From: Carcharhinus longimanus
Taxonomy: Eukaryota
Length of the DNA stretch: 64,000 nt
Assembly (NCBI GenBank): GCA_030264375.1
Contig: JASCQW010000099.1
Coordinates: forward strand, 46,051,067 to 46,115,066
Direction of reading: 5' to 3'
A program made the translations under genes and the position numbers. This document shows, piece after piece, positions 12,344-23,914 of the stretch. Each line of letters starts with the position of its first letter. Positions within the stretch are counted from its first letter, which is position 1. A model generated the notes under the pieces. It was not told the origin of the DNA. It did no database searches and saw nothing but the letters and a program-made list of their open reading frames with translations.

Positions 12344-13238
12344 TGAAATAAGTCAGCAGAGGCTGGTATCCCTTCACTAGATTCCCTTTTATTTACAAGC
12401 TCCATCTAAGTTCAGAGAGCGTTACAAGTTCTAAGTCAGCATTCAGAGTGTCAGGAGACCTGACACTCCCAGTAATGTATACAACAAAGGCTCCCTGATT
12501 GAGCTCTTTATTGCTTGTCCAATCAGGGAGCTCTTTTTATGACAAAACAGTACAAAATACAGGTGCAAAAGTACATTACAAGTTATAAAGATCGCATTTA
12601 ACAATCAACAAATTACATGAATTACAGTGGTACAAACAAAGCACCATGACGGACAGCTGGCACGTGTTGTTGCTAGTTATCTACAGCCCATCTTCAACGA
12701 TGCAGACAACTTGCAACAACATTGAAGCCAACAAACTTCTATATAAATATTACCGATGGCTAATGCCATCCAGTAACCATTAACAAGTACTACTCTTCAT
12801 TAAGAAGGATTCATTATATGCTATCTTTTCCAGGGCATTGCCCTCTAAATGCACCCTTTAAATTATGACCATTAAATAATATTATCACAGTATAACAACC
12901 AACTATTACACTAAAAAATGAAATAAACATTAAAACTTATTTGTTACCCTGCAGGGCATTGCCTCCTGGGTTTTTCCCCTGCTGGGGTGTGGTAGTGGGG
13001 AACCAAACCTCCGGAGGTACTTATAGCTGGGAGTTGTACTTGATGGATGCTTGGCCAGAAGTGAGAGAGGGGAAGTCACCTTGAACTTACTCTGTCTGGA
13101 TCTTCCCTTCTGGATTTTTAGGCCGGGATGGTGAGGGTGGGGGGGCAGGTGTTGCTCTCTGGGGTACTCAGTCTGGGCAAGAGCTCAATCAGGGAGTTCA
13201 TATTCTGCGTATTTATTGGCCTCATTGAAGTCATTACA
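12344..13238 (-). mobile_element. Probable solo LTR interrupted by a 652-bp insert
   Basis: TG...CA termini and a minus-strand AATAAA. Flanking 5-mers are AAAAG / AGAAG. The two halves rejoin across the duplicated CAATCAGGGAG(C/T)TC. Confidence 0.6.
12534..13185 (-). mobile_element. Retroposed insert (probably a LINE 3' fragment) with a 14-bp target-site duplication
   Basis: CAATCAGGGAGCTC at 12520-12533 and CAATCAGGGAGTTC at 13186-13199. A short T-run sits at the left junction. Confidence 0.6.
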
Positions 13239-13239
13239 A

Positions 13240-13745
13240 GAAGGAGCGAGCCATTTGGTCTGTTGAATCTGCTTCACCATTCAATAAGATCATGGCTGAT
13301 ATGACTGTGATCTTAACTCCACTTTCCTGCTTGCCCCCAAACTTTAACTTTCTTAGTCACCCAAAGGTGGCACATTCTTCTCACGGAGCCTTTCTTTCTC
13401 AATGGAATATATCTTTGTGAGTTACGATGTATTACCTTAAATGTCTGCCACCAATTCTCCACCATCTTATCTTTTAACCTTTATTCCCAGGCCAATTTCA
13501 CCAATTTTGTCTTTATACTTTGCCTTTGTTGTCCTGAGTTTCACATCCACATAATTCACCCCCAAATTGACCATGAAATTGTAACATCTTATGATCACTC
13601 TTGCCTAAAGGATCCTTTAAAACAAAGTAATTAATTAATCCTGGGTCATTACACATTACCATGTCTAAAACAGCTTGTTCTCTGGATGGTTCCAGAACAT
13701 AATATTCCAAGGAAGTGTCCCAAGTACACTATATGAATATCATCA
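13240..13745 (-). mobile_element. HER1/CR1 LINE fragment with internal deletion (3' tail joined to an endonuclease-region piece)
   Basis: Tail CCATTCAATAAGATCATGGCTGAT. ORF 13513-13710 reads YVLEPSREQAVLDMVMCN..DPLGKSDH, the APE endonuclease C-terminal motif. Confidence 0.8.
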
Positions 13746-14559
13746 TTTTGACACTATAAATGTTAGATTTCAGACCGCATCTGGAGTACTGTTCCCAGTT
13801 TGATGCTCCCATATGTGTGAAATACAATGGCATTAAAAAATGTCCAATGGAGAGCTACTAGAATGATTCCTGATGGAAGGAATGTAAGTTATTCAGGTTC
13901 AAAGACCTTGATTTATTTACTTCAGGTTTATGCAGACTGAAAGGTGATTTGATAGAGGTATATAAAATAAGGAGTGGAGTGCATTCCTATTTATAGATTA
14001 TTTGAGTTTAACAGAGGAGAGCTACAATAATGATTCCCAGCTTAAAGAACATGAGCTACTCAGATCGGGTTAAAGACTTTGGTTTATTTAGTTTAGGATA
14101 ATGCAGACCAAGGAGTGACCTGATAGTGGTACAGTTAAAGAACTGGATAGCATCCCTATTTATAGATTATTCCAGTTTAACAGATGGGAGAAGAGTATGG
14201 AACATGATTTTTAACAATATACAAAGAGGAAAAATTGGATGTTGGGCAACATTTCTTTTCCCAGTCAGTTTGAATCTCTAGAATATATTGTTGGCTGGTC
14301 TGGCAGGTATTAATCATCTGTATCCCTTCAAGAGGTAGCTCGGACTTCCTGACAGGAGCAGAGATTGAATCAAAAGGAACATACTTGTCTTAAAGTCCTG
14401 ATGAACATTTGGATTAATTTTGATTGCCTGAGGGAATTAAGACAGGAATTTTCCAAAGTATTTATTCCGCTCTTGGTTCTGTGATTTTTTTTGCCATCGT
14501 GCAACCCACTCTACTTACACATCCAAGTATTTGACTTTAATTGCACTCCACTTCTATTC

Positions 14560-15600
14560 TAACCCTTGCACAGATTTTGGTGTTCTCTGGTAACTTACCT
14601 TACTCCAAATAGCACCGTCCATGTTATTAATAAAGATTGTGAAGAATAGCAGCTCAAGGATGATCCTTGAGGTACTCTATCAGTCACGTTTCTCCAAGTT
14701 GAATCATATCTTTTAGTTATAACATTTTGACTGCAGGATTAGAGACAATTCCAGTCCTATGTTTCAGATTTCTCCTGATAGCACAAGTAAACTAGATTGA
14801 GTTATCTTATCACAGGGTTTCTGAAAGTCCAGGTAAACAATGTCGATGGATTTTCTTCATCCACTACCAGCCTAACGTCCTCAAAAAACTCTATAAAGAT
14901 TTGGTAAGCACAACTTACTTTCTTTTCAGGAGCTGTGTTGTCACTGTCCAATGGTCCCTTTCTATACCCACTGATCACAAAGTTGTCTCTTACAATCCCT
15001 TCTCACAAGTCCCCAGTAATGAATCCCCAGTAAAAAAAATGAAAATAGAAATTATGTGTGCTGGATGGGGAGACAGTGAAGTGGTGATAATGTCATTGGA
15101 CTAGTAAACCAGAGACGATGGCTACAGCTCTGGGGAAACAGATTCAAATCCCACCATAGCAGCAGATAAAATACAAATTCAATAAATAAAAATCTGGAAT
15201 TTAAAGCTATTCTCAGGAATGGTGAGCATTAAGTTATCACCAATTGTTGTTAAAAACCCATCTAGTTTTCTACTGAACTCTCGGAGAGAAGATCTGTCAT
15301 CCTTACCCAGACTGATCTACCTGTGACTCCAGACACACAGCAATGTGGTTGGATCCTAACTGCCTCTGAAGTGGCCAAGCAAGCCACCCAGTTCAAGGCC
15401 AATTAGGGAGAGGTAACAAAATAAATGCTGGCTTTGGTAGTGGCACCCACATCTCATGAAACATTAAACAAATAAAAATAATCTAGCTGACGGGATCTGT
15501 CCCTGATACTCCTAAGCCAGTGATGGTTTGAGCAAAGGGCTCACAGAGCACCAGTCCAATCTTCTTAATTATCCTTGGATGGATAATATCTTGACCTGGA
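14560..15600 (-). mobile_element. Old CR1 RT fragment interrupted by a SINE
   Basis: The minus strand of 14820-14920 gives a degenerate SCLTN.IEFFEDV..VDE..DIVYLDFQK. A VPQGS-like motif lies at about 14660-14680. Confidence 0.65.
15067..15480 (+). mobile_element. tRNA-derived SINE family B, longer subfamily
   Basis: Head TGTCATTGGACTAGTAAACCAGAG..TTCAAATCCCACC and tail CAAGGCCAATTAGGGA..ATAAATGCTGGC. Confidence 0.85.
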
Positions 15601-17479
15601 GTCCTATCAATTCTTAGCTTTTCCAAGGTTATTACATTGCTCTTTATTTTAATCTTAGTAATGCTATTTCAATACCGATATAAAATTGTAACTTGGCAGC
15701 TCTGCTGTCATCCACGAATGGGTTTGAATCTGCCCTACTGTATGACTATGAATGAACTTCTGACTTCTGGAAAAGCTGCCATGAATACAGTCTGAGCAGA
15801 ATTCTCCCAAACAGTTTCTAAAAGGGAGGATTCATCAGCTCCATTTGTCACTAGCAGGAATCCCAATGGCTCTCTCAATAGGACATTGAGACTAAAATGG
15901 GATTTCTGCAAAGGTGAAAACATTTCTGATTCACCTGGCTCGCTCCAGAGCAAATGGGAACTTGATGATTGTGCCAAAATGTTAATTCAACTGTTGTTAT
16001 CAGATTTGAAGCCCAATTCAGTGCCCCCCCACCCCCTGCCCGCCACTAATCCACTTCCCTGGCAGGAGTGGCATCGGGCGGGTTTTGGTGCTGGTAATGA
16101 CCAGTGTGGACTTGGCGTGTTGAATCCTAAAGGGGTGTCAAAGAGGTAGAGGAAGTGCCCATGTGCCCTTTTGCTAGGCTACAGAGGGAGGGTCCCCCAA
16201 CTGTCCTAGGGTTGGGTGTCTTCGGGCTGGAGGCAAGGGTTTTACCTCTGCATTCTTCCCCAGGATGGGGAGATAGTGGCTAAACTGCCCTTCTACCCTG
16301 GAAAACTTGATGATTACTTGTGGTATGGTATTTTCAGGCATCTTCCTGATGAAAATGTGCATTCCTGCCTGTCAAGTGTGAGAGCTTTGAGGTGGCCTGG
16401 TCACTTTAATCTCCAGGCTCGCTGGACACATGGCAGGTTTCCAAATCCCAGCAGCATTCCATTCAGCAGAAGGGATTCCCCTTTCTCTCTTTCAGAAGCT
16501 GCAGGTGTATGGAGACCCCTTTCAATTCCCCTAACTGATAGAAGTCAGTCACTTTCATGAAGGCAGATTCCCTTCTCTACAGCTGCTCACTCAGACCTAT
16601 TCTTTTAACACATAATTTATTTCAAGTCTCTGAGCTTCAATAGAAAGCTCAAAGCCTTTGAAATCACTTCAAACTGTTTGAAAAGCTTTGTTTCCATTCA
16701 ATTTCAGTGCAGTCCATTTAAATCTCCTCTGATTGACCTCTTAATGATTTTTAGACAGGATGCAATCAGCTTTGTTTGTTGACCCTTCCCTTCATGGTTG
16801 AATGTAACTCAAGTATCTGTTTCCCCCCCACCCCCCATTATTCCTAACTGCAGTGTTTATTCAAAAGAGGACCTGATAACACTTAACTGCTTTGAAGTTA
16901 CCTGCAGCTGCTTGTGGCCCCTGCCAAATTGGCACTGCTAGAGGGCGCAACCTAGCCACTTCCGCCACCACTTCCGCCACCACTTCCCTGACCGCTTCAA
17001 TGGCGTCTGAGCCTCCCCAGCATGGACATTACAACTGGCCTCAATTTGCGGAGACCAGTAGTCAAGTGTCCTGGGTTCCTGCTGTGTCCAAGAGTCGGAG
17101 AATTGCAGGAGCCAGGAGAACCTAGCTCCAAATCGACCCTGCATGTTTAATTTAAATCTTGTTCATTGCCTCACTGGATGTAAATCAGGGTGCAGGGTCC
17201 CAAAAAGGGGTTCTTGCTGGTGGACCCTCCCCCACAATTCTCCAGCCCTAGTGCAATTTGTGCATGAGCACGTGGGGTCAGAGAATCGCGCCCATCTTTT
17301 CCTCAGATTAAATGACTATTGTACGGCTGCTTTTGTCATTTTTAATTGCATATGATACTTTACCATGCCCCTGTTGTGAGTTAATAGGTATGTAGAATAT
17401 ACAAATGCTATTGAATTTCTCTTTTTGTCCCTCTTCAATTACAAGGCTTTTGTTTTATCACATGACCTATTAACTAATA

Positions 17480-17974
17480 GAGGAGGCGATGGCCTAGTGG
17501 TCTTAGCATTAGACTATTCATCCAGAAACTCAGCTTATGTGCTGAGCACCCGGGTTCGAATCCCCCATGGCAAATGATGGAAATTGAATTCAATATAAAA
17601 ATATTTGGAATCTACTGATGACCATGAAACCATTGTCAATTGTTGGGAAAAACCCACCTGGTTCACTAATGTCCTTTAGGGAAAGAAATCTGCCATCGTT
17701 ACCTGGCCTGGCCTACATGTGACTCCAGAGTCACAGCAACCATTCCTTGGGCAACTGGGGATGGGCAATAAAAGATGGCNNNNNNNNNNNNNNNNNNNNN
17801 NNNNNNNNNNNNNNNNNNNNNNNNNNNNNNNNNNNNNNNNNNNNNNNNNNNNNNNNNNNNNNNNNNNNNNNNNNNNNNNAGTCACAGCAACCATTCCTTG
17901 GGCAACTGGGGATGGGCAATAAAAGATGGCCGGCCAGCCAGCTATGCTCATGTCCCATGAATGAATAAAAAAAA
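17480..17974 (+). mobile_element. tRNA-derived SINE family B spanning a false gap
   Basis: A-box TGGCCTAGTGG at 17490, B-box GGTTCGAATCC at 17553 and an A-rich end. Confidence 0.9.
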
Positions 17975-20539
17975 CATTGGAACATTCACTGCTTCAGGTG
18001 TTTATAATTGGTTTTAAATAGACCCCATTTATCCTGGAAACTCCATTGCCTGTTGAGTAGAGCTGCCCAGTAACTTTTGCTGGATTTTCAGCTTTTTGTG
18101 TGAAGTTTATTGCTCTTGAAATCTGAGACTAGAATTAGATTAGCTGCAGCCTTGGACTTGCCAATAAGATTAAACCAGATAATATGATATATTCCCCAAC
18201 ATGGAGGCTTTATTCAGTCCTAAGGTTACTGCTAAACAAAAGATATAGAATTATCCTTTATTATCTCACTAATGCTGTGGCGCACATAGGGAAACAATCA
18301 TTCACAAGGGATTTTCTTCAGATGAAGTAGAGAGACACAAAGATATCTTTTGGAGCAAAAAAAACTATCAATTTGTTTGGGTACAATAGTTTAAATCTAT
18401 TGACTCTTTAAAAAATATTTAACTGTGAGTAAGAATCTTTTCTGAAACAACACAAGTGTTTCCAGTTTTAGGTTGACTCTTGTGTCTATTGCAAAGGGCC
18501 AAATGAGATGGGTCGCACCAACTCACCAAAACTAGGCAGCTATCATCAATTAAGTGCACAGAACATTTGATGGTCTGGATAAAACTCCATTGAAAAAAAA
18601 TCAAAATGAGCAGAATAATTGATTTCATGAAATATGAATCAATAAGCATTGTTAACAATGTTGCAGAGCACATTTATATTCTTTTAGTCTCCAATGTGAA
18701 GTCGTTCAAAGCAAAGTAAGATTGCTTTCCTACATGATCTGAAGAAGTTATTAGATTTCTGTAGCTTAATTAGATTAAAAAAAACAATAAAATGATCCAT
18801 TTAATTTCACTGGAAGAAGGGCTGACATTAATTCACAACATAAAATTCCCTTGTTGCTGAATTAATCTTCAGGTAACTTGCGCGTTTCTGATGATCATTC
18901 ACATGTTATTATGTAGGTTTGATTTTGGGGCATGAGAAAAATTGATGAGCCAAAAGATACAGCTAAGTTAAGTGTCAGTTGTGTTTCCAAATATTTTTAA
19001 TGCTGTAAAGGTTCTGGTTGAGTTATACTAACGTGGGGTTTCTGTTGCTATATTCACATTCTTTGTTTCTGAAGTAGTGCAAAATTAGCAAATGTCCAAA
19101 AGTAATTATGCAACCTTATAATACATATACAAGGTGCTTACAGATGGAGGGATGATTCTCTGGCCCTCTTCATCATGGACACAAATCCCGTTAAGGCTAG
19201 AAACTTTCATAAAATGGCCGGAACAGGGTTTGCACCTGGGAGATCTCAGAGTGAGATCTTTCCTACGCCCTGCCGGCATTATCATCAGGTTCACGCCACA
19301 ATTGTCTGGGGAGAAACATACTGGGTTTCAATCAGAATCTAACAATTTGGCCAGAACTTTCCAGTTACTTGTGCCAGCAGGATCTTCTGGCCCCACCAAT
19401 GGCTACCCATGGTGGATTTCCTGGCAGCATGTGTTGGAGTCAATGGGAAATCTTATTGACAGCAATGGGACTAGAAAATCTTGCCACTAGTCAATGGTGC
19501 ACCACCTTCTGCTGCACGGAAGGATGCCATGGGGAAGTCAGAAAATCCTATCCTTTGCTATTTTCTGGAAAAATTCCACCCTAAATTCAGGCTGTTTTGG
19601 GTCGGGTAGGGAAGAAAATCTTAAGCTGTTTCCTGACCCAAACGTTCTGACAAACCACCCATTTTTCACTGTAACAGAAGCCTAGAGGTGGGTGAATGAC
19701 CAACAAGATCCATGAAGGCACATTGCAACTTTGAATCTTATAATAAAATTGTGAGCCTCATGTAGGCATAAAACCTTAGCTTCTGTTGGCCAAATTTCCT
19801 GAAACTTGAGGAATTGAGAAAAGCTCCTGGATCCAGGTATCTCCCTTAGCAACCTCCATGATCAGGGACACACTCAATGACTGCCCCCTTCAAGGCCATT
19901 AGCCTAATTCCCCATTTCCCGCACTTGCCAGGCCATGATCTCCCTACCATCACTGGCCCCAACCCCCAGGCTCCCTTTTCTCCCCCTCAAAAACCTTCTG
20001 ACCTTTCCCCTGCTCAGGTCCCTGACCTCCTCTCATGGGATCAGCAACCACTCCCGTTCTGCACCCACATTGCCGCCCTCCCAAATCATCTCATTATTAC
20101 ATGAGCCTCTGCTTTGATTTGCATTAAATCGCCAGAGTGGGGAAATCCCAAATTGTGGGATTCTCCTAACTTTCTGGCCAGGCTGCTCCCTCTGGGTCAG
20201 GTCAGGAAAAATTCTGCCCTGAAAAGCAGTCTATTCTTGAAATGATAACAATAAGTGGACTCTTCTTCCCCCATCCCACACGCAGGCTGTGAGGTGGAGG
20301 GGAACTTTAGAATCAGGAGGAAAAACGGAAGATGGAGTGCTCATCATCATCTTGATTCTCCTAATTAAGTTAGGGGCAGGAACAGCTTCCCCACCCAGAG
20401 GCTAATTGAGGCCCTTAATTGGCACCAAGTGGGGAGGTTACCCAGTAAAAACTGGTAACCTTCCTGAAGTGACTCCTAATCAGGTACCCTGTGGCCCAGA
20501 GAGGACCCTTTCGGCGGCAAGGGCTACCTCATATTGCTG

Positions 20540-20742
20540 TAGCTTTGGAGACACATGTCAGTCAGACCTAGTCAAAGTGGCAGATTTCCTTCCTGAAAGA
20601 CATTAGTGAACCTGATGGGTTCCATGGTCATCAGTAGATTCTTAATTCCCGATTTGCTTTAATTGTCTGCTGTGGCAGGATTCGAACCTGGGTCCTCAGA
20701 ACATTAGCTGAGTTTCTGGATTAATAGTGATGTAATGCCACT
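20540..20742 (-). mobile_element. SINE family B, partial
   Basis: The reverse complement contains ACTATTAATCCAGAAACTCAGCTAATGTTCTG..GGTTCGAATCC. Confidence 0.8.
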
Positions 20743-21926
20743 GAACAGAATACACATTTAGTGCAAAGGCAGTAACCGGGGTGCTGAGAACAAAATTGAA
20801 ATCTTATTTTAAACGTACATCATAGAAATTATCAAAAATAACACTGCACATATTTGATTCCGCCTCAAAGAAGCCTGCTTCTTGTCACAGATTCTGTTTT
20901 ATGATTTTTTTTTCTATTGATTACTTTTTATTCCCTCCTATGAGGCATGTGTTATGAGTCAGCTCAATTTCTAGAACAATCAGGCAAGCATTCATTGTCA
21001 CAGAGCTGACACTCTTATGACTGTCAAATTGAAATGTCTAGCATTTTGATGAGGCCACTACTTGTAGCGATATAACGGTGGAAGAAAATAGCAGTTACCT
21101 TGGCTAGAAAAGCCAATTATCTTTCAAGCTTGATCTTAAACTAACAGAACATGCCACAACCATAACTTGCAACATATAACAAATGCTGAAACTGTCTGGA
21201 AAGCAGTGGGCATGTTTCCCACTGATGACTGAAATGTTCAGTCCTATTAACCTACTGGCTCCTCTTTAACATATAATTTGGGTTTAATACTCAAGCCACT
21301 GGGGAAAGTGATTACAAAGCAAAAATGAACTTGTTCCTCTTCCCATTTTCTGAAAAAATATTTGTATCCGTTCATCTTTTCATCAATTTAGTTGTGTAAA
21401 ATAAACTGGGTCTGCGATTGAAATAGAAATGGATCTTAATATTATTAGAAACGGGATCCTGGAATGCAGTCCTTCTATGATAGCTTACTTTATATTTAAG
21501 CCATCATATCTAATCCTATTAAACTATCGATATTTGCCATCCAGCAAATCTTCTTTGATGAAAATGAAACTATTTTCTTCTTATGTCAGCTACTCTCCAT
21601 TAAACTGGTCTTCTTTAATGAATCCTTTGTGTTTCTGATAAAAATACATTTATTCATTCTCTGAGGAATTATTTTGTTTGGTTTCATACTACAATGAAAG
21701 TGACCTGTGGGATATGATGATTCTATGTCAATTGGAGTCTGTGCCAACATTGCATGTTTCATTGTACCGCAACACTACATTAAGGAATTCAATCATTGCA
21801 GGAGCAACTAATAGCACTAAATTAAAAAATAAACATAATTAGTGTACAGACACTGTTCAGAAAATTTTAAAAAAGTTAATGCAGATATGTTGAAAATTAA
21901 TTGCAAGTGCCGTTTCTCTAAAATGT

Positions 21927-22063
21927 AGGCTAGAATTCTCTGACCTCACCCATGGCTTGGATTATCTGGTCCCGCTGCTGTGAACGGAGATTTGGCTGAG
22001 CGACAAATTCTCCATTCTTCCTGGCAGCAGTAGCGAGGCTTGTGAGACTGGAGAATTCCTCCC
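21927..22063. mobile_element. Short MITE, PIF/Harbinger-like
   Basis: Termini GGCTAGAATTCTC / GAGAATTCCTCCC. The core GTGAACGGAGATTTGGCTGAG is the near reverse complement of 39500-39520. Confidence 0.65.
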
Positions 22064-23914
22064 GAGATCACAAAATAGCAGAAGTACATTTATCTCACAG
22101 CCACTTGAAAGTGAGAGGTAAGTTAACACTTAACATTCTCTATCATAAACATTTAGGTTTCTCTTCCGTCAGATGCAGATTGACATACAGAGTGGCATTT
22201 ACTGGAGCCTATATGAGCACAAAACTTGGAGATTGAAGTGCTTGTGTTCTCAAACGGTGGCACCTCAAGGCACTGGCATGTTTGGGAGGTCGTGTCCAAA
22301 GCAAGCCAGGCTCAGGCCTGTAGGGCAGAGTCCATCTTTGCAGTGGTCTCATCCTGTGTGCCCAAGGGAGGCAGCTGCATGATACATGGCAGGGCAACAG
22401 TCAGGGAAGTGACCCTGAATTTGAAACACAGCAGGTCTAATTGAAGGGGAGAGAATACAAGTTGTGTCTGAGAGTGGGTTGAGGGAAATTGAAAGCAGGT
22501 GAAGGATGATGGAGACAGGATCAATGCTGCTGGCAGGAAGGGTGAGGATGAGAGATGGAAATTTGAGATTATGTTGGTTCAAGGGCAATGGTTTAATATT
22601 CCAGAATGATTGGTGGAGAGAACAATATAATGTTGGAAAGGTCAGGAAAGATGGAAGGAAGCTCAAGGGTGACTCAAGGGTGGTGGATTGCACGCAGGAT
22701 ACGTGCCCACTGCATGCACTTTAAATTTGCTTTATGATCACCAACATCATGATTCCCAACATGAAAGCGGAAGTGGTGTCCACTTCCTGTCTTGCCATCG
22801 GGATTTGCATCCTTATTAAATTCTCACCATTGTATTATTCCAATATTATTTGAATGCTTAACTTGTTTAATTTGTCGACATTTCATTGACTTGAATAGTC
22901 TGCAGCCATGCAACAAAAGCTGTGGGATAAAGTGTGACATGAAAGTTATAAGAGGCTCAATGGGAAACATTGTTAACCGCACTCTATCAACAATTAACTG
23001 TACCACATCTATTGCACACACATGCGATTCACTAGAGAAGACCAAACCCCTGACGTTTGTTATGCTTAAGGGTATCTTCGTAACAGACCTCAATTATAAA
23101 ATAAAGGCAAATTCAATATAGGGATATTAATTAATTAAGTGAACTCAGTTGCCTCTGGGGCTACACAAGAGATCCTTCTAAATTCAAGGTAGCTTGATTA
23201 ATTGATCTCTTGTATAGTACTCCATGCATACATTTTATCAAGGAGGAATTGGGAAATGCTACAATTGCAATTTATCTGGATCTGAAAGCTCTCGAAAAAC
23301 AACTGTTTCACTGAAACTAACAGTGATGTCCATGATTATGAATATGCTTCTACAATAATGATGAATACCTTGTCCTTATCATGACCCAATTCTGAATTTG
23401 TTTGCATGAGCCTCCCTGCTCTTGACATTAGCCCCAAACCTCTAAATAGCAGTTTCCACAAATATCAGAACAGCTGTGGAGTGAGGTACTGGCTTCATTG
23501 TAGTAAATTATTGTAGGAGGAAATTGAGAGACATTACACTCGGTTGGAATGCAAGTACTTCCATGTATCATTGCAGTCTTAAATTATTATCCCAGCATAC
23601 TAACAATTGAACCTGTTATCTCTCATGTACTCCTTGTAGGGACCCTTATACAATACCTTGGTCCCAAACCCTGTTGTTTTACGAGGGAGTATTGCTATCA
23701 AAAGAATAGTTTTCAGGCCTTGAAACTAACACATCAGAGTTGCCATAAAAAGACATTCGATGCTTAAAAGTGTGCATTACCCTGTAGATTGAAAATACTT
23801 TGAGTTCACACAATGGACCCCTTAACAAGAGTACCTGAGGAATCATCCGGATAAAAAGAAAAACTGGGAATGTATAGAATAACGATCAATAGATCGAAGA
23901 TAAGTTCAAGTATT

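Larger units (their letters stand above)
12200..14400 (+). mobile_element. Old CR1 LINE ORF2 3' part, split by nested insertions
   Basis: A KxNRVLGYIDRTI motif at about 12277-12315 continues after 13750 with RPHLEYCxQF..VQxRATRMIP. Confidence 0.65.

Noticed and set aside
17729-17930. Identical 51-bp direct repeat on both sides of a 100-N gap
   Set aside because: An unmerged contig overlap inside a single SINE; an assembly artefact rather than a biological duplication.
21204-21250. CTGATGA between two hairpins as a possible hammerhead
   Set aside because: No GAAA box follows the second stem, so the catalytic core is incomplete.
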